A stretch of DNA of 61,748 nt, the filler included, from Kipferlia bialata (Eukaryota), in assembly GCA_003568945.1 (NCBI GenBank). It is 3 parts of 3 records of this genome, joined end to end, with 100 filler letters (N's around TTAATTAATTAA, not from the genome) between each part and the next. Parts side by side here need not be neighbours in the genome. Positions count along the whole stretch, not along the records: positions 1 to 24,101 come from BDIP01000237.1; 2 more parts are not named here. The stretch is one strand, 5' to 3'. A program made the translations under genes and the position numbers. A model generated the notes under the pieces. The model saw only the letters and a program-made list of their open reading frames with translations. It was not told where the DNA came from and searched no databases. Shown in pieces: positions 1 through 10,444 of this stretch. Each line of letters begins with the position of its first letter. The first letter of the stretch is position 1.

Positions 1-15
1 CTCCGCTGGGGGGGT

Positions 16-50
<35 letters not shown>

Positions 51-1438
51 ACATAACAAACATGACGTTGTAAGGGTCTGACTGATATATACTATGAAGC
101 CGTCGAAATACTCACCTGTTACCGAGGCCAAACGGAGACCCCTCTGCTCCCTTGGGTCCCTAGAGTGAGTAAGTGAGAGAAGGCATAGAGATACAAGAGA
201 ATATAGAGACAACTATAGTGAGACTAGAGAACAGTGTGTGTGTGTGTGTAACCCACCTGCAGCATTGGGAGGATGACTGGGCTGAAGCACTTTGTGAGGC
301 TGACCCCACTCTCAATGCCAACAACCACATGCTCCTCGAACCTGTGGGGTCAGATATAGATACACAGATATATATAGATATATATATATAATATAAACAC
401 ACATATATATATGTGTCCATCTTTGTGAGGCTGACCCCACTCTCAATGCCAACAACCACATGCTCCTCAAACCTATGGTAAGGTATAGATACAGATTAAC
501 AAATATAGAGATGAATATTAGAACAAACACATGTATATTCATGTCCACAACCACATGCTCCTCAAACCTGGGGGGTCAGAGAGGTAGAGAGAGATATACA
601 CACACCTTGACTGCAATAGATCTGTGCAGAGTGACACCATAATGCAAACGTAATACTAGCTACCAATCTCTCCCTCTTTCTCTTGCTATTCCACTCTCTC
701 TCTATATATATACATATACTATATCCATACCTAGACTGCAGCAGGTCTGTGCACAGTGACACCATCCGTGTCATGTATACTTATATATATTATATCTATA
801 TATACATATACGATACATATACTATACACACACCTGGACTGCAACAGGTCTGTGCAAAGTGACACCATCCGTGTCATGTATACTTATATATACTATATCT
901 ATATATACATATACTATACATATACTATACACACACCTGGACTGCAGCAGGTCCGTGCACAGTGACACCATCCGAGTCATGTGCTCCAGGGACATACCGG
1001 CACCACGGAAGTTGACGCCTGGAGGGGTAGAGTGGGACTTGTATACTAATCGGGTATAATGTAATATCATCATAACCCCCCCTACCCTTGAGCACGTCGG
1101 CTGTGATAATGAATGTGTATATATAGTGCGTGTGGTATGTAATATGAATGTATATATAGGCATGTACATACCACGACCCCCTTACCCTTGAGTACGTCTG
1201 CTGTGATAATGAATGTATATATATATGGTATATATGTATATATATGTATATATAGGCATGTATATATGTCTCCTACCCTTGAGCACGTCTGCTGTGATAA
1301 TGAATGTATAAATTGTGTGTATGGTATATATGTATATATAGGTATAACACCCCCTACCCTTAAGCACGTCTGCTGTGATGGCCGGATCATCCTTCTCCAC
1401 AAGGGTGTCGATGGCACGGTTGAACTCAGCCCTGAGGG

Positions 1439-1483
<45 letters not shown>

Positions 1484-4400
1484 GCTACACTGATGTATAT
1501 ATAGATACACGTGTGCCTACCTCAGCCACTCAGTCTTGACCCCCCTCAGCACAGTCAGCCTGCCACTCAGGACCTGGGGGTGAGGGGGGGGGGGTGATGG
1601 TTGACACGATGTGGTACATAGACACAATACACCATGTAGCACCCTGTACATAGTATAGAGTATATAAATAGAGTATATACTCAACCCACCCGCAGCATCT
1701 TGGGCGTCTGTCCCGATATCTCCTGCACAAGGGCATGGTCGGAGGCAATGGTGGGGGTCTGGGGGTGAGAAGGTTGAAAGAATAGGAGAGAAAGAGCAGA
1801 TATCCAATATATGACGAGTAGTATCCATATTTGAGCATATATAGAGAGAGAGATTCATACCTCAGCCTTTGTGTGGAGGAACGATGTGGCCGATATGGCA
1901 TCGGGCACATCGCCATAGCCACCCAGCCTGTCCTTCTCCTGGGGTCTCTCTCTCTCTCTCTCTCTCTCCCTCTCCCTCGCCAATCTTGCCTTCTCCTTTG
2001 CCTCTCTCTGCCTCTTCTCCTTTGCCTCTCTCTCTCTCTCCACCTCTCTCTCTCTCTTCTGCTGTGCCACCTCCTCGTTCTGCCTCTCTGCTAGGCTCCT
2101 GCCCCTGTCTGCGCTCCTCCCCCTGCTACTCCTCCGTGGGGTGTGGGTACTAGTGCCACTTGGGTGCACCACACTGTCGGGGGTGTGGGTGATGTGCCTG
2201 GGGGTGGGAATAGAAGGGAGACAGACAGACACACAGAGAGAGAGAGAGAGAGTGAGGAAGAAGCACCATACCTGATATCCTGAGGCGGAATGTATGCGGC
2301 GGTCTCTCCCTGCACGGTCCTGAGTGTGAGACTGGTAGAGATGACATCATGACATCCAAGGCATATACAAAAATGTATCCATATACGAATACAGACGCAA
2401 CACACCTGCTCTCGAGTCTCTTCAGCTCCTCCTGAGGCACTATGCTAGCAGCCAGCACTGAGTCTGAGTCAGGTGTCTGGGGCACTGAGACATCACTGTC
2501 AGGGGCCAGGCAGAAGGGCTTCATGGTCCTAGGGGGTGAGGGAGGGGGAGAAGGTAGGGGGGATGGGGTACCACAATACAACTCTGGGATATTGTACTAC
2601 CACATGCACCCACTTTAGGTTGGCCACCCACACTGCGGCATGGCTTCCCTGCACACACACACACACCAGCTGGGTGTTCTTAGACCCAGAGGCTGACCCG
2701 GTCCTGGGGGTGGGAGAGAGGGAGAGAGGGAGAGAGAATTGTAGGTCTCAAGAACATATATACTACTATATAAATATATGTGTGTGTGTGTATATGTATA
2801 TACCTGATCCTTGCGGCAGATGGTGCCACCCCCCACCCCAGGGAGAGGTGGTCATCCCGCTCAATGGAGGGGGAGATCTCCCATATGTCTGGGAGTCAGA
2901 GAGCGTGTGTGAGTGTGGGACAGTGAATATGTATTGGTGTACATACCTAGCCCAGCCTTGTCCACAGCCACTACTGGTGTGCCATAGGGAGGGGTGAAGA
3001 TGACGACGCTAGCAGGGTTGTTCCTGAGGGTGAGGGAAGTAAAGTAGAAGCGAAAGAGAGAGAGACACACAGGGAGGAGTGATTTGAGAGCACATTGCCG
3101 TGCCTGGCTGGTGTCCTCCCTGCCGGTGCAAATGCCTCAATGTCCCAGAACCTGACAGTCCTGGGGATAAGGGGACATACACACATAGAGGAAGAGGCAA
3201 GTACAGGAGTATATTTATACTAAGAGAGGTGAGGGGGATACACAGACATATGTATAGTGCAATATACAGATATATATGCAATAACACCCACCTGTCCCCC
3301 GACGACACTGCTAGGAGTCTCTCTCTGGGGTGCACCTCAGCGGCATAGATGGGGCCTCTGGGGGTGAGAGGGCAGACGGATGGAAATGAAACACAGAGAT
3401 TATAGTATACACCCACTCCACCCACCTGTGTATGATCTCCTTGACCACCACATTGCGGGCAATGTTCCAGATCAGAACCTGGGGGTAGATGGGAATACAG
3501 ACATAGGCACAACTTAGGTTACAAGGGAAAAACTCCATATACATCTATACACATATATAGAGAGAGAGATGCATATATATCACCCACCCTGCCCTTCTTG
3601 TCCCCCGATATGAGCNNNNNNNNNNNNNNNNNTATCACCCACCCTGCCCTTCTTGTCCCCCGATATGAGCCACATCTCGTTGGGTGTGAAGGAGAGGGTG
3701 GTCAATTCACTCTGGTGGGTGGTGATCCTGGGAGTGAGGGGGAGACACAGAGACAGAGAATGATGGTGTGAGAGAGGGGGACGCTTTGTTATAGTACCTC
3801 AGTATCTCCTCGTCCACCACCATGATCTCGCCCTGCTCTCTCTCTCTGCTAGGCCTAGCATGCCACAGCTTGACAGTGGTATCGGCAGAGCCAGTGACTG
3901 GGGGTGAGGGGGGGGGGGGTACACATACTCTATTAGTAGAATACATATATATCCCTATATATATCTATGCACTTTGAGACACTATATACTATATACTACA
4001 TATATACACACTCTACCTATGTACTTTGAGCTCGGACTGAATGACAGGGCAGTCAGATGAAGACTCATTCACTATATACTATATACAATATACACTAAAC
4101 ACTATATACAGGACACCCTATCCCCATACCTATGTACTTTGAGCTGGGACTGAATGACAGGGCAGTCACAGCTGTCAGATGGCCATGTAACCTCGGGTCA
4201 GACGTACATATATAGAGAGAGTATACATAGAGAGAGACTAAGGAGTAGAGCTCCCCACCTGACACTCTCTCTGTATGTGTACTGCCTGCCCTCTCTGCTC
4301 CTCCCAGGGAGTATGCTGAATATCCTGACACTACCGCCCTGCAGACCTACAGCCAGGGACTGCTCATCCTCAGAGAACACCTGGGATAAGAAACGCATAG

Positions 4401-4993
4401 CAGGGGAGGAGGGTTAGAAGACACTACTATACACTGTACTATATATACACTCACCAGACTGGATACAGGTGTCAGGGCCTCAATTGAGAGCAAGGGGTCA
4501 CAGTTGCCGACAGAGAACACATGCACACATCCGTCTAGACTGCCTGGGGGGTAAGGAATGAGAAGGTGAGTGAGGGATGACACGTGAGTCGGCAAATAGC
4601 ATAGTAAAAGGTGCTCATATTAGAACCAATGCATGAGGAAATGATAGGGAGAGTGATAACCCATCCCGAGCTCTCTTGAAGCGCCCGTTGCACTACAACC
4701 ACCTATCAACTGGAGCACACATAAGTAGCTTTCCAATATATGACTCCTCCTTACCTGTGGCGAACATCTGCCCCCCTGGGGTCATGCACACTGCCGTCAC
4801 ATCATCTCTGTGTGCAACAAACTCCTCTGGGGGTCAGACAGCAGCAGGGACAGGGAGAGTGTAGAACAGAAGACATGGGATATTTCACAAATTGAGGAGT
4901 GCAAACCACACAACAACAACCCACAGCATCTCCATTAGGTACCATAATGGGAAACTAGCTGTACGTACGTAGGACGAAGCCCTTATGAGCCAT
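1..4993 (-). CDS. KATNB1: Katanin p80 WD40 subunit B1 (multi-exon; 3' end runs off window)
   Basis: Spliced N-terminus MAHKGFVLQEFVAHRDDVTAVCMTPGGQMFATGSLDGCVHVF resembles plant p80 (MAKRGYKLQEFVAH). WD40 exons include VTGSADTTVKLW and HPRERLLAVSSGDRTVRFWDIE. C-terminal con80-type exons: VLSGRLTVLRGVKTEW, AIDTLVEKDDPAITADVLK, SLEHMTRMVSLCTDLLQSRFEEHVVVGIESGVSLTKCFSPVI, DPREQR. Confidence 0.9.
421..1301 (-). repeat. Tandem intronic copies of katanin exon ends with splice sites (units ~92-103 nt)
   Basis: Exon end 937-980 is copied at 834-877, 731-774 and 606-640. Exon end at 1358 is copied at ~1277, ~1186 and ~1086. The start of exon 257-341 is copied at 421-471 and 548-567. Confidence 0.9.
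1442..1481. repeat. (GA)n microsatellite, intronic
   Basis: About 20 AG units seen directly. Confidence 0.95.
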
Positions 4994-5135
4994 GTCTGGC
5001 AGGTGGAGAGAGAGGCAGAAGCTCAACCTCAAAGGGTGTAGGCTGAAAGAAGTTTTTGTACAATAAATACTGGGAAAAGGGTCTTGTCAGGGTCCTCGAC
5101 CACTGAAGACCAACAGTGTCACTGTTTTCTTCAAG

Positions 5136-6670
5136 ATGCGGATTGTATTTGTCTGCGCCCTTCTGGCTTGTGCCCTCTGTCTCTACGATGGTCTCTCCGG
5201 AGCTGAGGTATAGCTATTGTTTGTGTATTGGCATATATGAGGTCTGGATTTAGGTGGCTGGATTCCAGACACAGATATATGTCATCTATTCTCTCCTTGC
5301 TACTTCCACGACCTCCCACCCTAGCTTCGTGCCGCTCTGAGAGAGGACACCTATGTGGGCAAGCACCACACTCTCGGATACTCCACAGCCCGCAAGAAGA
5401 TGTGAGTCTCAATTCGTCTCTCATCCGTTGGTTTACGTATCTTGATAATTCACTCTGATGTGTTGATTTACCATATCTGCTCTCACCTCCAGGTACGGAT
5501 ACATCGACAACATCGACGGATACGTGTACGGAATCTACACCGGTGAGTTACTGAATCCTGACATGTACTCAACTTGTCAAGACTATATGAGAACCTGCAC
5601 CCCTTGTTGTTTTTCCTTACCCTGTTGGTAACTCCAATTCACCCTCAGACCTTGCCCTCAAGTACAAGCACGGCTCCTCCGACACCTCCCAGAACAAGGA
5701 CCTCAACTGTGAGCACATCGTGCCCCAGTCCTTCTTCAACAAGCAGTACGTGACTCTCACTCAGTTTATACACCTATCAACCCATGTCATATACCACTCT
5801 AACCCCAGGGACCCCATGAGGTCCGATGTCCACCACCTGCGCCCTGCATACGATGTGGCCAACTCTGCCAGGTATACTATTGTACTATTTATGTAGAGAG
5901 TGTACCAATAACTCCCTCGCTCTATATTTTCCCCCTTACCCCTAGGAACCACTACACCTTCGAGGAGGTTGATGACGCCCTTGCCTACAAGTGGTTCAAC
6001 CAGAAGACTGTCGCCACAAAGACACCCTCCGACCCAGAGAACTGGTCCAGGGTGCGTCACAGTATTTTTTATGTTACTATATGTACAATCTCACTCTCTC
6101 TCACTCTCTCTCCACACCCTTGTACTCACCCCCAGCTCATGGAGGACGAGTCTGCATGGGGTGAGCACGCCTGGGAGCCCAGAGACGAGAACCAGGGCAC
6201 AGTCGCCAGGGCCATCCTGTACGTTAATAACTGATCTTTAGTGTATGTCCTATGTTTCAAGTCAAATCAAAAGTGTAGATAGAAGTATCCTGCTCTAACT
6301 CCCAGCTACTTCTACACCATGTACGACCAGTACATCTGCCTCGACAACAAGCCTTGCATCGAGGAGATGTGGAAGATTGGCGACGTCAACATGCTCATCC
6401 AGGTACGACTCTCTCTCCCTCTCTCTCTCTCTTCCTCTACACCCTTTTTAACCCCAGTGGAGTGCCGACCACCCCCCCAGTGACTGGGACAGGACCAGAA
6501 ACGAGGGGGCTGAGAAGTACCAGGGTAACAGGTGGGGCCGTCCCTTTCATCATGATACATGAACACGTCCATCGTGGTCTGTATATTAATGCACGTTCGC
6601 TTCTCATCTTAGGAACCCCTTCGTTGACAGCCCCGAGCTCGTGGAGCGTGCCTTCGAGGACATGATCTAA
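5136..6670 (+). CDS. Secreted endonuclease I family nuclease (His-Me finger, Bsn/EndA-like), multi-exon
   Basis: Signal peptide MRIVFVCALLACALC. Spliced motifs NCEHIVPQSFF, MRSDVHHLRP, ANSARN, WEPRDENQGTVARAILYF and QGNRNPFVDSPELV. Stop TAA at 6668-6670. Confidence 0.9.
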
Positions 6671-6969
6671 TCATTGGATTAGTGGCCTGTTAGTCATTGG
6701 ATTAGTGTTATTGAATTGTATTAGTGTGGCAGCCTGCCTATATATTAACTCAGTTTTCCCCTCATTAGTCGCTGTGACAGAGTCGCAGTTAGTAGAATAG
6801 ATAATTGCATTGGTTGTGTCAACAGTATGCTATCCACACCAATTCTTCCCATTCTGTTGGCTGAGAGATGGGGAGAAGATACCCTCTGCCGAGTGAACAC
6901 CTCAATAGCCACACACTACAGTGCACAAGGTAGCGGTACTAAGAACACTCTTCCTCAGTAAGTAGAAAG

Positions 6970-7287
6970 ATGGAGCCTCTCAAGGTATACGATGTGCTAG
7001 TATACGTGACATCCTCTCTCAATATCAGTTCTAACCACTCAGACAGACCCACAAGCCATCGGCCAGGAGTGCCCCAGCTCATCAGTCGAGGATAGTGTGG
7101 CCAGGTATGGGTGTACAGTGTTACGGGTATCACTATCATTGTCAATCACCCTTTCAACGATAACATATCCTTTCTGACCCCCAGCCCCTCTAGTGCCGCA
7201 CTCATGTCCGTTGCCTCCCCATCTGGCCCTGAGGAGACCAGGGAGAAGGAGATGATGTTCCTCATGGGGGGAGTGTCCGGTCAGTGA
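6970..7287 (+). CDS. Putative 59-aa three-exon orphan protein
   Basis: Exons 6970-6984, 7043-7104 and 7185-7287 are joined by GT-AG introns with typical acceptors (CTAACCACTCAG, CTGACCCCCAG). Phases are consistent, giving 180 nt ending in TGA. Confidence 0.5.
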
Positions 7288-7582
7288 AGGGGAGATACAA
7301 GACCCAGAGCCAAATAGATCTGCAACAGAGTTCGTACTGCCTTGAATACAATCATGAGGAGACAAAGCTCAGTGGTCCCATGCAACACAACAAAACACCG
7401 TGTATCATACACATTTAACTAAGCCAGCAGGCGTCTCCCGCTGGACATTGGGTACCCCACACAAAACACAGACATACAAGACATACAACCAATAGGGGTC
7501 ACCACGAGAGGGTCCTGTTAATCCCCTCTCCTCTCAAGTGCCACGGCTAGTGCTATCCGCAGCATATACACCTGCACTCCGT

Positions 7583-9740
7583 CTAGAACTTGACAGCGCT
7601 CCTGGCAGACACAGGTCTGTGGCAGTTATCGCACCTACCCACATGGGCCCTGGGGTGAGGGAGGGGCTGACAAAGATGAAGAGGGAGACTGGAATTATAC
7701 ACCCACCTAGCCTCATCCCTGAGCTCCTGACCCAGCACGAGGGTGTCCTCGGCCTCATCGACCTGGGGGGTGAGGGGTGAGGGATGTGGTTGAAGAGAAT
7801 ACTATTATTTCAATATATGAGTACTCCACCCCGTACCTCCATCTCCTTGGTCCTCCTCTGTGCCTGGAGATCTCTCTGCTCGTCCAGGTCCTGCCTGTAC
7901 TTAGCATACCCCTCCTTCCTGGTGCGCTCCAGCCTCAGCTCCTCCTCCTTCACCTAGGGGTCAGAGGAGAGGCATATAGACAAATACATATTGAAATATG
8001 TGAATATATGAGCACATACCTCAGCTGACTCTCTCTCAATGAGCTCCTGGCCGTACTTGAGGTCTGCCTGTCTCTCCCTCTCCCGCCTCTCACGCAGCTC
8101 AACGGCCTGGGCCTGAAAGTGAGCGCTGACACATACATGTATATATATATATATAGTTATATGAGTATGAGTGTACCTGAGACTCGATGGCAGCCTGGTG
8201 TGCCAGTCTCTTGCTCTTCAGCAGACCCTCTCCACTCTCGTTGGCGGTGATTGGGACCTGTCAAGTCAGATGGAGTATCCTAAGGGATATATATATATAT
8301 AGGGAGAGCACACCAAAGCAGGTATACCCTCTACATCGGTGATGGGGACCTGTGAGGTGAGGGAGAGCGGAAGGAGAGATCACTGACTGAATCCCTACTA
8401 TCTATGCAGCCTATACTACATGCTATACCTGGTCTGGGTCGAACCCGTGGCTGACAGGCAGTCTATCGTATCCCCTGCTGATCTGGTCCTGGGGGTAAGG
8501 GATGCTTACAAATACAGGCAGTCACAAGTATAAATCACAGTGATACACCCACCCTGAGGATCTCCTTCTGTGCCGCTGTCCTTGCTCTCCTCTCAGTCTC
8601 CTCGGCATCGGTCCTCTCCTTGGCTAGCCTAGGGGGTAAGGGGGGGGGGGGATACTCACAGTACATATGCATCATACTCTACCAGAGACTGTGTACATAT
8701 GGTACCTGAGGTCCTCCTCGATGTGCAGCCTGGCCTGCTCCCTCTCGTACTGTCTCTCTAGTCTGGCCCTCTCGGTTTGCTCGGCAATCTGCACTGATGA
8801 TTAGAGATTAGAGAGATTAGAGTGATTAGAGAGAGAGAGAGAGAGAGAGTGTGTGTGTGTGTGTGAGACTCTATATGTATTAGTATGTGTGTGTGTATAC
8901 ATCCCCCCCTACCCTTGAGCGCCTCGTGGTCTATCCCGCCCTTGCCCCTGCCCTCTGGGGTCTGGGGCCTCTGGTGGAAGACATTGCCCATCTCCAGCAG
9001 GTTGGCGTCCTGAACCCCCCTGGCCTTGGCCCTGTCTCTCTCCTCGGCATTCTTCGTGAAGATGGCGAGGTTCTCAGCGGATATCTCAAGGTCCCTGGGG
9101 GTTAGGGGAGTGGTGGGAGAGGGTGGGTCCCAAGGCCTGTATGTATATATATATATATATATAATACTATCACTAACCTTGCCCTTCTCTTGTCCACCTT
9201 CTCCTGCTCTGTCCTGTAGTGCAGCTCGTCCTCGGCCTGAGGGGTGAGGGGGAGTGGTATATGGGGAGTGAGACAGCTGACAGAAAGAATAGGAGAAACC
9301 AAGCCACTAGCTCATATGTCTACAAGTACACCCCTACACTCATACCTTGACCCTGGCTGCAAATGCGGCCTCCTCCTTCGCCTCTCTCTCCCTGACCTGC
9401 CTCTGGTGGGCCTTGGTCTGGGGGGTGAGGCACTTGTGTGCATACTCTATGTATATGTGGAGGTCTATATGTATATATACATACCTTTCTGAGTGCCGCG
9501 CACATTGGGCAGAGGATGGTGCCTGACCCTGTGCATATGCCCCCACAGTCGGTGCACTCACCCAGCCTCACACCCTCCTTGGCCTTCTGGGACTGGACAA
9601 GCCTCTCCTGAGGGTTATATACACTCTCATACGTATACATAACACATGAGCAGTCACATAAATCGGTAACACTGTAGCACCCACCTCCTCCCTCTTGACT
9701 GCCAGCTGCTGCTCCCTCTTGAGGGTGGTCTTGTAGATGT
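7583..9740 (-). CDS. CCDC81-like coiled-coil protein, C-terminal part (5' part missing)
   Basis: E/R/K/Q-rich coiled-coil exons with CTGSGTILCPMCAALRK, EISAENL, GNVFHQRPQTP and terminal GRCDNCHRP. These recall CCDC81 motifs (ELCYxC, FxxRPLTP, RCxxCxR). Confidence 0.6.
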
Positions 9741-9825
9741 CTGGAGGGTAAGTAATAAACAATGATAAGACAAAGGGGGGGGGGGGGGGGGGGGGGGGGT
9801 TGGATGAGGGAGTCAGATATCATAC

Positions 9826-10255
9826 CGTATCCTATCCCCTGGACACATCATCTCGACCCGGACCTCCTCGACGGTCTCCACCACACCCTCCTGTCCTATG
9901 AAGGGGTCGGCGCCCTCAAGTGCCCTGAACTGACCAGTCCCAACTACTAGGGATCAGCATCAGCATCATATATACATGTAGGTATGTAAAGAGATTGAGC
10001 CACACCTTCAAAACAGCAGCGGTCGTACTGTCCTGTCTGCCTCTGCCCTGGCTCTGAGTCAGCCTCTGGCCGCCTGACGGTCCCCCCCCCTGCAGCAAAG
10101 GCCGCATTCTTCACTGTCAGTCAGATTCAGAACGGTTGGACACATCTGTATGTTACAATAGTAACGACAGATCCATGGGAGAATGGCGAACCTATCTCCT
10201 TGTATGCTGTAGGGACATAGAAAGTAAGCATGTAGTGATCGCCCTCAAGAGTCAT
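9826..10255 (-). CDS. NIF3/YqfO-type PII-like small protein (3' exon missing)
   Basis: Three exons give MTLEGDHYMLTFYVPTAYKEIVKNAAFAAGGG...YDRCCFE..GTGQFRALEGADPFIGQEGVVETVEEVRVEMMCP. The motifs FYVP, FAAGxG, YDxCC, GTGQF and PFIG are characteristic. Confidence 0.85.
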
Positions 10256-10444
10256 AGTGCGGTCAAGAGGCGGTATAGAGGAGAGGTATTGCCAATGTCA
10301 CGGATTGTGTGAACTCTACCTCCTTTTGAGCGAATTTTTTGAGTGAGTTCTGACTCAGAATCTGAGGTACTGGATCAGGCCTTCCTTACCCAAGATCTAT
10401 ATCTACCCTGGCAGTATTGATCTCTGATCTCTTCCGGGACACTG

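Noticed and set aside
606..1380. CRISPR-like repeat-spacer arrays
   Set aside because: The repeats are exon fragments with splice donors, the spacers are related TA-rich intron DNA, and there are no cas genes.
3578..3670. Perfect direct repeat flanking an N run
   Set aside because: Overlapping contig ends around a gap with identical sequence, so not counted as an exon echo.
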